This document shows, piece after piece, positions 48,101 to 59,102 of a stretch of DNA of 64,000 nucleotides (position 1 is its first letter; every line of letters begins with the position of its first letter). Under the pieces are notes generated by a model, which saw nothing but the letters and a program-made list of their open reading frames with translations, made no database searches and had not been told where the DNA came from. The DNA is taken from NCBI GenBank assembly GCA_964429275.1, contig CAYSBJ010000003.1, positions 129,337-193,336 on the forward strand, given 5' to 3'. A program made the translations under genes and the position numbers. The DNA comes from an uncultured Pseudomonadota bacterium (GTDB lineage Bacteria; Babelota; Babeliae; Babelales; JAUPTZ01).

Positions 48101-49455
48101 AGTTGCTTCGTGCGATATTTGGTGAAAAATCACGTGAAGTACGTGATACTTCGTTGAGAGTCCCACCTGGGATTGAAGCGACTGTTGTTGATGTGAAGAT
48201 TTTCTCACGTAGTGGTATTCGTAAGGATAAGCGCTATAAGGAAATCGTAGCTAAAGAAACAGCGAAAATTGAAGAGAATTACGCACATCAACTAAAGATT
48301 TTGCATGATGCAATTCGTACCAAGACTGAACAACTTCTGCAGCAGATAGATTCTAAGAAATATTCTGCATCTGTAGTTGCAAGCATGTCGATGAGCGATT
48401 TGCTTTCTGTTAGAGTTTCGAACAAAGATGTAGCAGACAAGATTGCGCGATACGAAGAAGTATTGCAAAGCCAAGAGCAAGTTATTGCAGCGTTAAAAGA
48501 AGAGCGCATCGCAAAGCTGCGTAAGGGCGATGACCTGCCATCTGGCGTTATTAAGATGGTGCGTGTATACGTTGCTATGAAACGTGCGTTGTCGGTTGGT
48601 GATAAAATGGCCGGTCGTCACGGGAACAAAGGTATTGTTTCACGTATCGTAAACGTTGAAGACATGCCATATATGAGTGATGGTACGCCTGTTGACCTTG
48701 TATTGAACCCGCTTGGTGTTCCTGGTCGTATGAACGTAGGGCAATTGCTTGAAACGTTGCTTGGTCTTGCCAGCAAAAAGATTGGTGCAAATCTTGCCGC
48801 GCAAATTAATGAGATGGCTTATACGGAAGTTAAGAACCGCCTTGTGAAGTTGTATGACAAGCAAACTATTGCAGGCATTGAAGAAATCGGTGGTAAGGAA
48901 GCAGTCGAACAATTGGCGCATGGTATTGCGCGGCATGGTATGCCGTACGAGACTCCGGTTTTTGACGGTGCTGATTACCAGACCCAAATTTCACCATTAC
49001 TTGCGGAACATGATTTGTCTCCTGATGGAACATATCAGTTATTTGACGGTTTGAGTGGCGAGGCGTTTGAACAAAAAGTAACGGTTGGTTGTATCTATAT
49101 GATGAAACTTAACCACTTGGCTGATGACAAGTTGCATGCTCGTTCTGTTGGACCGTACTCTCTTATTACGCAACAACCATTAGGCGGTAAAGCGCAATTT
49201 GGTGGCCAACGTTTAGGGGAGATGGAAGTATGGGCATTGTATGCACACGGTGCATCGTATACCTTGCAAGAGATGTTGACGCTTAAATCCGACGACGTAA
49301 ATGGTCGGGTGAAGGCATACGAATCGATTGTACGTGGTGATGAAGTACCAGAGCCCGGTATTCCAGAATCGTTTAACGTGTTAGTAAAAGAATTGCAGAG
49401 CCTTGGGTTGGCGGTGGAATTGTTTAGGACGAATAAGGAGCAAGTTGGTGAATAA
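45178..49455 (+). CDS. rpoB: DNA-directed RNA polymerase beta subunit, with a lineage-specific Cys4 insertion near the N-terminus
   Basis: 1425 aa with conserved blocks RGSWLDFEFD, GNRCVRLVGEL, NMQRQAVPL, YNFEDA and GHKGV-type GRHGNKGIVS. See the finding for the insertion at 45421..45579. Confidence 0.97.
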   Translation: MSGSQKTTALLRKSFGKIRQVVSLPDLIEVQSKSYNDFIQFDFLPNERSYIGLEKVLRDIFPIDYNGRIALEYVSYEIGEWACVCGALTGIENRYRWVDLKTKKEGKGRLSKDAGDRRYKLCKKCSSRVSIKLPYTVEECRYSGKTYALPLKVRMQLTSWDVNDETNERIVRDIKEQEVFFCDLPVMIDLHEDADGQIMLGNQGTFLINGVDRVVVSQIHRAPGVVFSLSKKIKDFRGYAYHVARLIPSRGSWLDFEFDSNDLLYVRIDKKKKVLATTFLQAIGFAREEILPLFYEYDSVKITKKGFERPLSKALIGQRLESGAIPDSLADKYSVGQRVTQDMLDALKEAGVKSLAVRANSVLNRVVAKDVVNSVTGEVLVEQGKALDAEAVELIIDSGGVSELELVRSGGYVVPPFMALTLGVDKVNNYADALREVYYRLRPGDIPTVQIMEEYIKNIFFNPRFYDMTLVGRIRTNRKLGLKIDETVTYLTKEDIIATIKYLVRLRECGEGELDDIDHLGNRCVRLVGELMENQLYTGFARIEKIVRERFRLQENAASLMPYDFLNVKPLAAVMREFFGTGQLSQFMDQTNPLAEMAHKRRISALGPGGVTRERATFEVRDVHASHYGRICPIETPEGQNVGLISSLSTYARVNELGFIETTYRPVVGLAVSDEVVFLDAFQENGKNIAQAVTPVDKNGKLSQDKVQVRCDGDIIAIDAKDVDYVDASPRQMVSVATALIPFLEHDDANRALMGSNMQRQAVPLIRCEPPLVGTGMEKDIGVSQGVVLTARNAGTVEYVTADKIVVRLDETGNDERWFARPVDIYELKKYGRSSHNTWVHQTPIVSVGQRVAFGDVLTNGAATHYGELSLGSNVMMAFMPWHGYNFEDAIVASKRLVVDDVFSSVHIEEFVVEARDTKLGAEEITKDIPNVSEKELEALDDDGIVYVGSRVKPGDILVGKVTLKGDVQVSPEEKLLRAIFGEKSREVRDTSLRVPPGIEATVVDVKIFSRSGIRKDKRYKEIVAKETAKIEENYAHQLKILHDAIRTKTEQLLQQIDSKKYSASVVASMSMSDLLSVRVSNKDVADKIARYEEVLQSQEQVIAALKEERIAKLRKGDDLPSGVIKMVRVYVAMKRALSVGDKMAGRHGNKGIVSRIVNVEDMPYMSDGTPVDLVLNPLGVPGRMNVGQLLETLLGLASKKIGANLAAQINEMAYTEVKNRLVKLYDKQTIAGIEEIGGKEAVEQLAHGIARHGMPYETPVFDGADYQTQISPLLAEHDLSPDGTYQLFDGLSGEAFEQKVTVGCIYMMKLNHLADDKLHARSVGPYSLITQQPLGGKAQFGGQRLGEMEVWALYAHGASYTLQEMLTLKSDDVNGRVKAYESIVRGDEVPEPGIPESFNVLVKELQSLGLAVELFRTNKEQVGE

Positions 49456-52400
49456 CAAGATTTTTGAGCGTTTTAAAGAGTACGTGAATACGGCTCATTT
49501 TAACGCACTTCGTATTAGCGTCGCATCGCCGGAGCGGATAACCGCTCTCTCATATGGTGAAGTAAAAAAAATTGAGACGATCAACTATCGTACCCTCAAG
49601 CCTGAGCGCGATGGCTTGTTCTGTGCCCGTATTTTTGGTCCACAAAAAGACTGGGAATGTAACTGCGGTAAATACAAACGCATGAAACACCGTGGTGTTA
49701 CCTGCGAAAAGTGTGGCGTAGAAGTAATTCAGGCACGAGTACGTCGTGAGCGCATGGGGCATATTAATCTGGTATCACCAGTGTGCCACATTTGGTTTTT
49801 GAAAGGTATTCCAAGCCATTTGTCCATGATTCTGAATATGACTGTTCGTGATCTTGAACGTGTGACGTACTTTGATAGCTATATCGTTATTAATCAAGGG
49901 AACTCGCCTTATTCGTTTAAAACACTGCTTACCAGCATGGAATACGACGATTATACCCGCGCAAATCCTGATGATATTGCGTTTAAAGCTGACATGGGCG
50001 CAGAAGCGATTAAAGAATTATTGTTGAAATTGGACCTTGAGTTTGAAGTACGTAAGCTTGAGCAGGAGCTTGAGCAAACAACTTCTATTGCGGTTCGTCA
50101 CAAGTACGGTAAGCGTCTGAAGGTGCTGTCTCGTATGCACAAGGCAAATATCAACCCGGCGTGGGTGGTAATGCATGTGTTACCGGTTATTCCGCCAGAC
50201 TTGCGTCCGTTGGTACCGCTCGAGGGTGGTCGATTTGCAAGCTCTGACTTGAACGATTTATATCGCCGGGTACTGAACCGAAATATTCGTCTTCGTCGCT
50301 TGATTGAACTTGATGCGCCTGACGTTATCGTAAAAAACGAAAAACGTATGTTGCAGGAGTCAGTTGATGCCTTGATCGATAACGGTCGTCGTGGTCAGCC
50401 GGTTCGTGGACAAAATAAGCGTCCGTTGAAGTCGTTGAGCGAAATGCTTCGTGGTAAACAAGGTCGATTCCGCCAAAACCTTTTGGGTAAACGGGTAGAT
50501 TACTCTGGTCGTTCGGTTATTGTGGTTGATCCAGAATTGCCGTTGGATAAATGTGGCTTGCCGAAATTAATGGCTCTTGAATTGTTTAAACCATACGTAT
50601 ACGTTGAATTGCAACGTCGCGAATTGGCACCAAACTTGCGCGTTACTAAAAAGATGGTTGAAGACATGGAACCTGAGGTGTGGGAAGCGTTGGAAACAGT
50701 TGTTTCACAGCGCCCAGTGCTTCTGAACCGTGCTCCAACATTGCATAGACTTGGTATTCAAGCATTTAATCCGATCTTGGTCGAAGGTAAAGCTATTAAG
50801 ATCCATCCGCTTGTTTGCGCAGCGTTCAACGCTGACTTTGACGGTGACCAAATGGCCGTGCACGTTCCATTGAGCATGAAAGCTCAAATGGAAGCAAAGA
50901 ACCTTATGCTTTCGACAAAAAATATTTTGTCTTCTGCAAATGGTAAGCCTATCATGGTTCCGTCACAAGATATGATTCTTGGATTGTATTATATTACCAA
51001 GGGACGTAAGAATGTTCCGGGCCAAGGGTTGTATTTTTCCGATATTGCTGAAGTTATTGCGGCATATCAACGCAAAGTTCTTGCCGTGCATGCTATTATC
51101 ACTGTTCGCCATGCTGGTGAAATGATTGAAACTACTGTTGGACGTGTGTTGGTCTATGAAACGATGCCAGTTGGTGCACCATTTGAATGGTGTAATCGCG
51201 CACTTAAGAAGAAAGACACAGTAAAATTGGTAGCACGCGTATATCGTCAATATGGTCAAGACGAAACCGTGGCATTCTTGGATAAAATCAAGAAGCTTGG
51301 ATTCTATAATGCAACGCAAGCCGGTCTTTCATTATCAGTGGACAATTTATTGATTCCAGTGGAAAAGAAAGAATTAGTTTCTAAAGCGCATAAGGAAGTA
51401 GAGCGAATTGAAAAGCTTTATGTTGACGGTGCTATTACCAATGGTGAACGTCATAACAAAGTGATTCAAACCTGGGCGCGTGCAACTGATGACGTTGCAA
51501 ACTTCATGATTAGTGCATTCCAAGAGCAAGATCGCCAAGAATATCTGAATGAAGCTGGAAATGTTGAGTCAAACTTTAACCCAGTATTCCTCATGCTTGA
51601 TTCCGGTGCGCGTAGTTCTAAACAGCAAATTCGTCAGCTGGGCGGGATGCGGGGCTTGATGGCAAAACCATCTGGTGAAATTATGGAAACACCAGTTCTT
51701 GCTAACTTTAAAGATGGCTTGAACGTGTTTGAATACTTTATTTCTACTCACGGTGCGCGTAAAGGTCTTTCTGATACTGCGCTTAAAACTGCTGACTCTG
51801 GTTATTTGACTCGTCGATTAGTTGACGTGGCACAAGACGTTGTAGTTACTGAACGTGACTGTGCCTCTCTTGGTTATGTTACGATGACTGACCTGCGCGA
51901 AGCAGGAGACATTCTGGAGCCTCTGGAAGCGCGTGTATTTGGGCGAGTAATTGCGCGAGATGTCCACGATCCGATTACCGGTGTCAAGGTCTTTTCACAA
52001 GGTGAATTGGCCACTCAAGAAGTGGTTGAAAGATTTCGTAGCTCAGCTGTTGCTGAGGTGCCGGTTCGTTCAACACTTATGTGTCAAGCTCGTCGCGGGG
52101 TATGTGTTGAGTGTTATGGTCTTGATTTATCAACAAGTAAGCGAGTTGAGATTGGCTTAGCAGTCGGTATTATTGCTGCACAGTCGATTGGTGAACCGGG
52201 TACGCAGTTGACTATGAGAACGTTCCATATCGGGGGTACTGCGTCTGGTCTTGTTGAGCAAAATATGCACAAGGCTACGGCGAGTGGTAAGATCGTTTTC
52301 AAGAACGTTGAGTTTGTAGTCGGTGTGGGTGGCCAGCACATTGTAGTTGGTCGCAAAGGTCGCATGATGCTCTTGGGGGAAGATGGTCGTGAACTCGACT

Positions 52401-53581
52401 CAATTCGTTTGGAGTACGGTGCAAACCTTTATGTTAGCGATCATCAATCGGTCAAAATGGGCGACAAGCTTGCTGAGTGGGACGCTAACAACAAAGTTAT
52501 TGTTGCTGACAAGGGTGGTATCGTTGCGTTTTCTGAGTTGATCGAAAATATTACGTATCAAGAGAAATTCGATGAAACGACTCGTAAGTCGCGTAAGGTT
52601 ATCTTGGAACGTAAAGAAGAAAAACGTCAGCCATGTATTACCTTGGTAAGTGAAGATGGTAGCGAAATTGCTCGTTACTACCTTCCTACGCAGGCAAACT
52701 TGTACGTTGAAGAAGGTGAACGCATTCTTCCTGGTACTGTTCTCGCGAAGTTGGGTCGTGAAGAGCAACGGACAAAGGATATTACCGGTGGCTTGCCGCG
52801 GGTTGCAGAATTGTTTGAAGCGCGTATTCCAAAAGATACCGCGATCATCAGTGAGGCGAACGGGGTAGTCCGCTTTGAAGGTTTATATCGTGGTAATCGT
52901 AAGATTGTTGTGCAGACAGATGAAGGCGAAATATTTGAATATAGCGTGCCACGCTCTAAGCACTTGAACGTAGAAGATGGAGATCGTCTTTCAGTTGGGG
53001 ATCCAATAACTTCTGGTACGATGAACGTTCATGATATTTTGCGTATTCTGGGGCCAGATGAGCTTCAAAAGTACTTGGTAAAGGAAATTCAGGAAATTTA
53101 CGCTTTGCAAGGGGTGATTATCAATGACAAGCACATTGAGCTGATAATTCGTCAAATGTTGAAAAAAGTTCGTATTGTGGATGCCGGTGATACTGAGTTT
53201 ATTGTTGGGGACCGAGTTGACAAAACTCATTTCCAGCGCGTGAATGAAGTGGTACAGGCTGAAGGCAAGAAAGTAGCTACAGCACGCCCTATTCTTATGG
53301 GTATTACCAAGGCGTCTTTGGGTACTGACAGTGTTATTTCGGCTGCATCTTTCCAAGAAACGACTCGGGTATTAGCCGAAGCCGCGATTGAAGGCAAGAT
53401 TGATTACTTGTATGGTTTGAAAGAGAATGTTATCATTGGTAAGTTAATCCCAGCTGGTACTGGGGTGGCTTCCTTTAGACTTAACCATCTTGGCGAGGAT
53501 GTTTCCCCTCTTGAGCGTCAAGCTCGAGAAGAGGAGCAACTTGAAATGAGCCTCGACGAGATCTCGCTTGATCGCGTGTAA
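49448..53581 (+). CDS. rpoC: DNA-directed RNA polymerase beta' subunit
   Basis: Zinc motif [23 protein letters not shown] and catalytic [12 protein letters not shown]. The probable GTG (49448) or TTG (49445) start overlaps the rpoB stop at 49453..49455. Confidence 0.97.
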   Translation: MNNKIFERFKEYVNTAHFNALRISVASPERITALSYGEVKKIETINYRTLKPERDGLFCARIFGPQKDWECNCGKYKRMKHRGVTCEKCGVEVIQARVRRERMGHINLVSPVCHIWFLKGIPSHLSMILNMTVRDLERVTYFDSYIVINQGNSPYSFKTLLTSMEYDDYTRANPDDIAFKADMGAEAIKELLLKLDLEFEVRKLEQELEQTTSIAVRHKYGKRLKVLSRMHKANINPAWVVMHVLPVIPPDLRPLVPLEGGRFASSDLNDLYRRVLNRNIRLRRLIELDAPDVIVKNEKRMLQESVDALIDNGRRGQPVRGQNKRPLKSLSEMLRGKQGRFRQNLLGKRVDYSGRSVIVVDPELPLDKCGLPKLMALELFKPYVYVELQRRELAPNLRVTKKMVEDMEPEVWEALETVVSQRPVLLNRAPTLHRLGIQAFNPILVEGKAIKIHPLVCAAFNADFDGDQMAVHVPLSMKAQMEAKNLMLSTKNILSSANGKPIMVPSQDMILGLYYITKGRKNVPGQGLYFSDIAEVIAAYQRKVLAVHAIITVRHAGEMIETTVGRVLVYETMPVGAPFEWCNRALKKKDTVKLVARVYRQYGQDETVAFLDKIKKLGFYNATQAGLSLSVDNLLIPVEKKELVSKAHKEVERIEKLYVDGAITNGERHNKVIQTWARATDDVANFMISAFQEQDRQEYLNEAGNVESNFNPVFLMLDSGARSSKQQIRQLGGMRGLMAKPSGEIMETPVLANFKDGLNVFEYFISTHGARKGLSDTALKTADSGYLTRRLVDVAQDVVVTERDCASLGYVTMTDLREAGDILEPLEARVFGRVIARDVHDPITGVKVFSQGELATQEVVERFRSSAVAEVPVRSTLMCQARRGVCVECYGLDLSTSKRVEIGLAVGIIAAQSIGEPGTQLTMRTFHIGGTASGLVEQNMHKATASGKIVFKNVEFVVGVGGQHIVVGRKGRMMLLGEDGRELDSIRLEYGANLYVSDHQSVKMGDKLAEWDANNKVIVADKGGIVAFSELIENITYQEKFDETTRKSRKVILERKEEKRQPCITLVSEDGSEIARYYLPTQANLYVEEGERILPGTVLAKLGREEQRTKDITGGLPRVAELFEARIPKDTAIISEANGVVRFEGLYRGNRKIVVQTDEGEIFEYSVPRSKHLNVEDGDRLSVGDPITSGTMNVHDILRILGPDELQKYLVKEIQEIYALQGVIINDKHIELIIRQMLKKVRIVDAGDTEFIVGDRVDKTHFQRVNEVVQAEGKKVATARPILMGITKASLGTDSVISAASFQETTRVLAEAAIEGKIDYLYGLKENVIIGKLIPAGTGVASFRLNHLGEDVSPLERQAREEEQLEMSLDEISLDRV

Positions 53582-53598
53582 TTAGGAAGAAGTGATAG

Positions 53599-53674
53599 GG
53601 GCGCGTAGCTCAATTGGCAGAGCGCTGCTTTGACGTAGCAGAGGCAAGTGGTTCGAATCCACTCGCGCCTACCA
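53599..53674 (+). tRNA. tRNA-Val (anticodon GAC)
   Basis: Acceptor GGGCGCG/CGCGCCT, anticodon loop TTGACGT, T-loop TTCGAAT, encoded CCA. Confidence 0.85.
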
Positions 53675-53828
53675 TCCACCTTCATCTATAATCTTGTGAG
53701 TTTCGAATTACGGCGCAGCCGCATATTGGTTGCAACGAAACGGACGTTTAGCTGTGAGGTTGGCGGTTAGCAGGGCAAGGATGAAGATAGTAATGAAAAC
53801 AACCGTAGTTTAAATAAGGTACATAAAG

Positions 53829-54056
53829 ATGATGATTACTAAAGAAGAAAAACAAGCGATTATAAAGAAGGCAGCAATTTCTGCTAACGATACTGGCTCG
53901 TGCCAGGTCCAAATCGCTTTGATCGATCGACGTATTGCTCAAATCTCGGAGCATTTGAAAAATTTCCCAAAAGATAAGCATTCACACTTTGGGTTGATTA
54001 AGTTGCTTGGCCGTCGTCGATCGTTTGCAAAATATTTAGCGCGCACAGCAAAATAG
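53829..54056 (+). CDS. rpsO: 30S ribosomal protein S15 (short form, 75 aa)
   Basis: NDTGSCQVQIALIDRRIAQISEHLKNFPKDKHSHFGLIKLLGRRRSFAKYL matches S15. It ends about 14 residues earlier than the 89-aa E. coli protein. Confidence 0.85.
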   Translation: MMITKEEKQAIIKKAAISANDTGSCQVQIALIDRRIAQISEHLKNFPKDKHSHFGLIKLLGRRRSFAKYLARTAK

Positions 54057-54168
54057 CTGCCAGTTCCAGTCAGGCCACTGCTGAACGTGCTTTTGAGCGT
54101 ACTATGCGTTTTACTTTGTAAAACGGAGTAGCGCGCATGTTTATAGTTTTTAATGAATAAGGTTATAC

Positions 54169-56274
54169 ATGAGTAAGACTTTTAAGTTGCCAGAAGCAGG
54201 CCTTGAGGTAGTGGTAGGCAAGTTTGCAGGCCAAGCCGATGGTGCTGCCTGGATGAAGTGCGGCGATAACGTGGTTTTAGCCACCGCTGTAATGGGTAAG
54301 GACGAACGGGAATTTATGGGGTTTTTGCCTCTAACCGTTGAGTATCGTGAAAAAACATCGGCCGCTGGTCGTATTCCTGGGGGATACATCAAGCGTGAAG
54401 GTCGCTTGAGTGATACTGAAGTATTAACATCTCGCGTGATCGACCGTACGATTCGTCCGCTTTTTCCTGCTGATTTCTTTAGCGAAATCCAGTTAATGGC
54501 GACTGTATATTCTGCTGACGGTCATTATCCGTTGTCGGTTATGTCGATTATTGGAGCTTCGATTGCTCTTGGATTGTCTCAAATGCCATTTCTCGGGCCA
54601 ATAGGCGCGGTTTTGGTTGGTCGCATTGACGGTAAGTTGGTGTTTAATCTTGGCCTTGAGCAAGATGTAACGTCAGATACACATATTCTCATTGCGGGCA
54701 ACCGTGATGGTATTTGTATGGTTGAAGGCAACTGTGAGCTACTCAGCGAAGCTGAAATGGTTGACTTGTTCTTAGCAGCTCACGAAGAAATTAAAAAACA
54801 AGTTGTCTGGCAAGATAGTATTATCGCCGAGTGCGGTAAGAAAAAGATGGAGACGACTGCTAAGTTTGATTGGCATCACCATCAAGCTCAGGTTGACGCG
54901 TGGGTTGCAGGAAATCAAGTTGGACAAGCAATGTTTGCGCCAAGCAAGCAAGAAGGCGTTGCGCAGTTAAAGGCGAAAAAAATTGCTTTTCACGAGGCAT
55001 TTTCTAAGCACCCTGAAGATCATGGTGTATCAACAGCCGTATTGAATTATATGTTCGAAACTGCCATGAAAGAGCAGCTTCCTGATCTTATCGTTGCTAA
55101 AGGCCATCGTTTTGACGGTCGTGGGATGGAAGATGTTCGTGCAATTAGCTCTGAAGTTTCTTTGCTACCCCAAGTGCACGGTTCTTCATTGTTTCAACGC
55201 GGTCAAACGCAAGCAATTGCGTGTGTAACATTGGGTACTGCTCAAGATGCACAAAAAGTAGAGCGCTTGGTTGAAGGTGTGCAAGAACGTCCGTTCATGC
55301 TTCATTATAACTTCCCACCATTCTCGGTTGGCGAAGCTCGTCCAGTGCGTAGCGTTGGCCGTCGTGAAGTTGGTCATGGATACTTAGCAGAAAACTCTTT
55401 TCTTAAAGTTATCCCAGCACAAACTGATTTTCCATACACTATTCGCGCTGTAGTCGACATTCTTGAATGTAATGGCTCTTCTTCGATGGCTACTGTGTGT
55501 TCGACAACGCTTGCGTTGATGGATGCTGGCGTACCGTTGAAGGAAATGGTTGCAGGTATTGCAATGGGCTTGGTTAAAGATTCATCTGACAATTACCATG
55601 TGTTGACTGACCTTCTTGGCTCGGAAGACGCACTCGGTCTTATGGATTTTAAAGTAACCGGTTCTGATAAGGGTATTCGCGCAATTCAGATGGATATTAA
55701 GGCTAAAAAAGGCCTTTCACGTGAATTGCTGCAAACCGCTTTGGAACGCGCAAAAACTGCTCGAGAATACATTTTGGACGAAATGCGTAAAACATTGAGT
55801 GCTCCGCGTTCAGAAATCTCTGACAAAGCACCAAAAGTAACTCAGTTGAGCATTCCAGTTGATAAAATTGGTGTGGTCATCGGGCCATCCGGCAAGGTTA
55901 TAAAGGAAATTATTGCACAAACTGATACACAGATTGATATCGAAGACGATGGATCCGTACGCATTTATGCAAAAGATTCGTCTGCTGCTCGCCGTGCTGA
56001 ACAATGGATTCGTGTGTTAGTTGGCGATATTCAAGATGGCGCAGTGTTTAATGGTGTTATTAAGCGTTTTGCTGAATTTGGTCTTTTTGTTGAGCTGGTT
56101 CCTGGTAAAGATGGTCTCTTGCATGTTTCAAGTATCGCAAAAGACAAGCAAAAAAATCTTACTCAGTTGTATCGGGTGAATGATGTACTTCGTGTGAAGG
56201 TGGTATCATCTGATCCTGAAACAGGGCGTATCAAATTGTTTGCCCCTGATTTAGCACCAGCTAACGAAAAATAA
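54169..56274 (+). CDS. pnp: Polyribonucleotide nucleotidyltransferase (PNPase)
   Basis: 701 aa with two RNase PH-like domains (FDGRGMEDVR, NGSSSMA), a KH domain (GVVIGPSGKVIKEI) and an S1 domain (GVIKRFAEFGLFVEL). Confidence 0.95.
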   Translation: MSKTFKLPEAGLEVVVGKFAGQADGAAWMKCGDNVVLATAVMGKDEREFMGFLPLTVEYREKTSAAGRIPGGYIKREGRLSDTEVLTSRVIDRTIRPLFPADFFSEIQLMATVYSADGHYPLSVMSIIGASIALGLSQMPFLGPIGAVLVGRIDGKLVFNLGLEQDVTSDTHILIAGNRDGICMVEGNCELLSEAEMVDLFLAAHEEIKKQVVWQDSIIAECGKKKMETTAKFDWHHHQAQVDAWVAGNQVGQAMFAPSKQEGVAQLKAKKIAFHEAFSKHPEDHGVSTAVLNYMFETAMKEQLPDLIVAKGHRFDGRGMEDVRAISSEVSLLPQVHGSSLFQRGQTQAIACVTLGTAQDAQKVERLVEGVQERPFMLHYNFPPFSVGEARPVRSVGRREVGHGYLAENSFLKVIPAQTDFPYTIRAVVDILECNGSSSMATVCSTTLALMDAGVPLKEMVAGIAMGLVKDSSDNYHVLTDLLGSEDALGLMDFKVTGSDKGIRAIQMDIKAKKGLSRELLQTALERAKTAREYILDEMRKTLSAPRSEISDKAPKVTQLSIPVDKIGVVIGPSGKVIKEIIAQTDTQIDIEDDGSVRIYAKDSSAARRAEQWIRVLVGDIQDGAVFNGVIKRFAEFGLFVELVPGKDGLLHVSSIAKDKQKNLTQLYRVNDVLRVKVVSSDPETGRIKLFAPDLAPANEK

Positions 56275-56276
56275 GT

Positions 56277-57005
56277 ATGAATAATACAACAAAGCAATTT
56301 GTTCGTAATGATGGCCGCACTTGTACTCAGGTGCGGCCAATTTCGTTAGCTTACGATCAATTTGGTTATGCAGACTGTTCTGTTCTCCTTAGTATGGGAC
56401 AAACCAGGGTATTGGCGTCAGTTACGCTTCAAGAAGGGGTTCCCTTCTTTCTTCGCAATAGTGGCAATGGATGGCTAACTGCCGAATACGCGATGCTGCC
56501 AACGGCAACCCGCGCGCGTACGCCTCGTGAGTCTGAGCATGGTAAAAAACAGGGCAGGAGCATTGAGATTGCTCGGCTCATTGGTCGTTCGTTTCGAAGC
56601 ATCATCAATTATAAAGATGTTGGCGAGCGGACCATTACCATAGACTGCGATGTATTGCAGGCTGATGGGGGGACCCGAGCTGCTTGCATTACGGCGGCAA
56701 GTTATGCTCTGCAGCGTGCCTTGCAATTATGGCAAGCAAAGGGGCTCGTGCCACTATCTGTTGTAATGCAGCCTATCGCCGCTCTCTCGGCTGGTATTGT
56801 GAGTAACCAATTGATGGTTGATCTGACTCAAAAAGAAGACAATAACGCCGCTGCTGACGTAACTTTTGTTTTAACTACATCTGGTGACGTAGTTGAAATG
56901 CAAGGGACAGGAGAGAAGCGTCCGCTCTCTTGGGAGTCCCTGGTCACTCTCAAAGAGATGACCGGCGAAGCAATTAAAGAATTGTTTGTTCTTAAAAGCG
57001 AATAA
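56277..57005 (+). CDS. rph: Ribonuclease PH
   Basis: RNDGRTCTQVRPISL, GWLTAEYAMLP and DCDVLQADGGTRAA motifs. Confidence 0.93.
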   Translation: MNNTTKQFVRNDGRTCTQVRPISLAYDQFGYADCSVLLSMGQTRVLASVTLQEGVPFFLRNSGNGWLTAEYAMLPTATRARTPRESEHGKKQGRSIEIARLIGRSFRSIINYKDVGERTITIDCDVLQADGGTRAACITAASYALQRALQLWQAKGLVPLSVVMQPIAALSAGIVSNQLMVDLTQKEDNNAAADVTFVLTTSGDVVEMQGTGEKRPLSWESLVTLKEMTGEAIKELFVLKSE

Positions 57006-57202
57006 ATATCGATTCTTACAGCTGTTTTAGCTTGATTCAGCGCCCAATTTTGTGATCATTGATGACCTGGGCATTTTTTGATTGATTTAAGTATATTTAG
57101 CCTCTTTTTTGTTGCTTTTGCTACCGTGATTTGCACTTATATGCTCTTGTTACGGCAAAATAGTTTGCGCGTGGCAGGGCATTCAACAAAAAGGGGACAG
57201 TG

Positions 57203-58228
57203 ATGGACATTCTAACACCTAACTATGGCTATTTCCTAGACGACTTGAAGAAGCGCGTTTATTCAGCTCGCCAGGCAGCGGTATTGAGCGTGAATAAAGA
57301 ACTTATCCTGCTGTATCATCACATAGGTCTTCAGGTTCTGGCTGCGCAGGCTAACCAGGGATGGGGGGTTCGAGTAGTTGATAGGCTTTCGCAGGACCTT
57401 CGGGCAGCCTTTCCAGAGATGAAGGGGTTTAGCGTCAGAAATATTAATTACATGCGCAAATTCGCAGTGGAATATCCGGATTTAGAATTTTTGCAGCAAC
57501 TGCTGCAAAAATTACCATGGTTTCATCTGACAGTTCTTCTGGATCGTGTTTCTAATAAACAGCACCGTCTTTTTTACGTAGAACAGGTGGCCGTTCATGG
57601 CTGGTCTCGCAACATGCTGCTGCGTCAGATTGAGAGCCGGCTGCATTTGCGCTCCGGGCAAGCGGTGACGAATTTTAAGGAACGGCTATCAACAGAACAA
57701 TCAAGCCTTGCTCAAGGGCTTATCAAGGATCCCTATATTTTTGATTTTCTTAGTATTGGTAAAGAAGCTCATGAACGTGAGATGGAGAAAGCTTTGGTTC
57801 ATCACATGGAGCGGTTTCTCGTCGAGCTTGGAGCAGGGTTTGCTTTTGTGGGGCGCCAGTACCATCTCGAGGTGGGTGGCCAGGACTTTTACATAGATCT
57901 GCTGTTCTATCATTTGAAGCTGCGCTGCTTTGTGGTAGTTGAGCTGAAGGATACAGATTTTAAACCGGAATATACGGGAAAAGTGAACTTCTACCTTTCT
58001 GCAGTGGATGACCTTCTAAAGCAATCAACTGACCAGCCATCAATTGGTATCATTCTTTGTCGGTCGAAAAATAACGTGGTCGCTGAATATGCTTTGAGGG
58101 ACATGGTTAAACCAGTGGGGTTGGCCGAGTATTATTTGGCCGAAGCTTTGTCTGGAGAGTTGAAGTCAGCCTTGCCCACTATTGAGGAGCTGGAGGATGA
58201 ATTGGCCAAGAGTTTGCCAAAAGAATGA
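57203..58228 (+). CDS. YhcG / DUF1016-family PDDEXK nuclease-like protein
   Basis: An N-terminal DUF1016-type helical region (YHHIGLQVL...GWGVRVVDRLSQDL...FSVRNINYMRKFA...LPWFHLTVLL) and a C-terminal PD-(D/E)xK core (FYIDLLFYHLKLRCFVVVELK). Confidence 0.7.
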   Translation: MDILTPNYGYFLDDLKKRVYSARQAAVLSVNKELILLYHHIGLQVLAAQANQGWGVRVVDRLSQDLRAAFPEMKGFSVRNINYMRKFAVEYPDLEFLQQLLQKLPWFHLTVLLDRVSNKQHRLFYVEQVAVHGWSRNMLLRQIESRLHLRSGQAVTNFKERLSTEQSSLAQGLIKDPYIFDFLSIGKEAHEREMEKALVHHMERFLVELGAGFAFVGRQYHLEVGGQDFYIDLLFYHLKLRCFVVVELKDTDFKPEYTGKVNFYLSAVDDLLKQSTDQPSIGIILCRSKNNVVAEYALRDMVKPVGLAEYYLAEALSGELKSALPTIEELEDELAKSLPKE

Positions 58229-58928
58229 GTTAGTGTGGTTTTTCGTTGGATTTTTAGTTTGGGGCTTTAGTTGCCAATCGGGGGTTGCTGGTTTTGATTG
58301 GCTTTTTCAATCGTTGAATCAAAGAATTGCGGACATTCAAAATCACACGATGCTTTTACAGAGCAATAAGCATCGTACGTTATTGTACCATGAGATTGGT
58401 AGGCAAATAGTTATGGTGCAGCTTAAGGAAGGCTGGGGCGCGAAGGTAATCGATCGACTCGCGCAGATGTTGCAGGAATGTTTTCCGAGGGTTTCCGGAT
58501 TCAGCATTCGTAACCTCAATTATATGCGTAAATTTGCGTGTGCATATCAAAGTCTTGAGCGTGAGCCAGAGATATTGCGGCTCCCATGGTTTCATATTGT
58601 GATATTGCTGGATAAGGTGGCTGATGAAGCGCACCGTCGTTTTTATGCGCAGCAAGCAATAGCAAACAATTGGTCCCGGAGAATGATGGTGTCTGCGATA
58701 GAGAAGCAATTGCACTTGAATGATCGTTTCTCTAAGGTTTCTTTGAAAGAGAATTTAGGTAGCACCGAGGACCCGAAAGCGGCTTTGCCAGGCTTTAAGG
58801 GCGCTCATGTCTCTCTGTATAAGTTGTTGATTCTGCCGTTAGCATCAGTTTTTGAGGTATTTGCTGATTTACTTGGTCTAAAATCATTGTTATTATGGCG
58901 TCGGCTATGCCGATATCGCCCCTTTTAA
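58182..58928 (+). pseudogene. Truncated DUF1016 paralog (N-terminal region only; nuclease core missing)
   Basis: Residues HRTLLYHEIGRQIV...GWGAKVIDRLAQML...FSIRNLNYMRKFA...LPWFHIVILL...NWSRRMMVSAIEKQLH are colinear with the first half of 57203..58228. The sequence then diverges and stops. The ORF start lies inside the upstream gene and is probably not real. Confidence 0.45.
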
Positions 58929-59102
58929 CTTTGGTCATCGAGTCGAAGAGCTAAGGGGCGATATTTTTTTATATGGATGTGATAGCATGATTTCTGTTGC
59001 TATCTAGTTTTGTAGCTTGCCCTCAAATAGCAGTTTTGGTACATGCACGATGGCGATTAGTCCTTTGACCTGTTATTTGGGTAGTTCGTTTTAGGAGAGA
59101 GG

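Noticed and set aside
54040-54168. Simple frameshift as the explanation for the short rpsO
   Set aside because: Translating the downstream sequence in the other two frames does not yield the conserved S15 C-terminal helix, so a single indel does not rescue a full-length protein.
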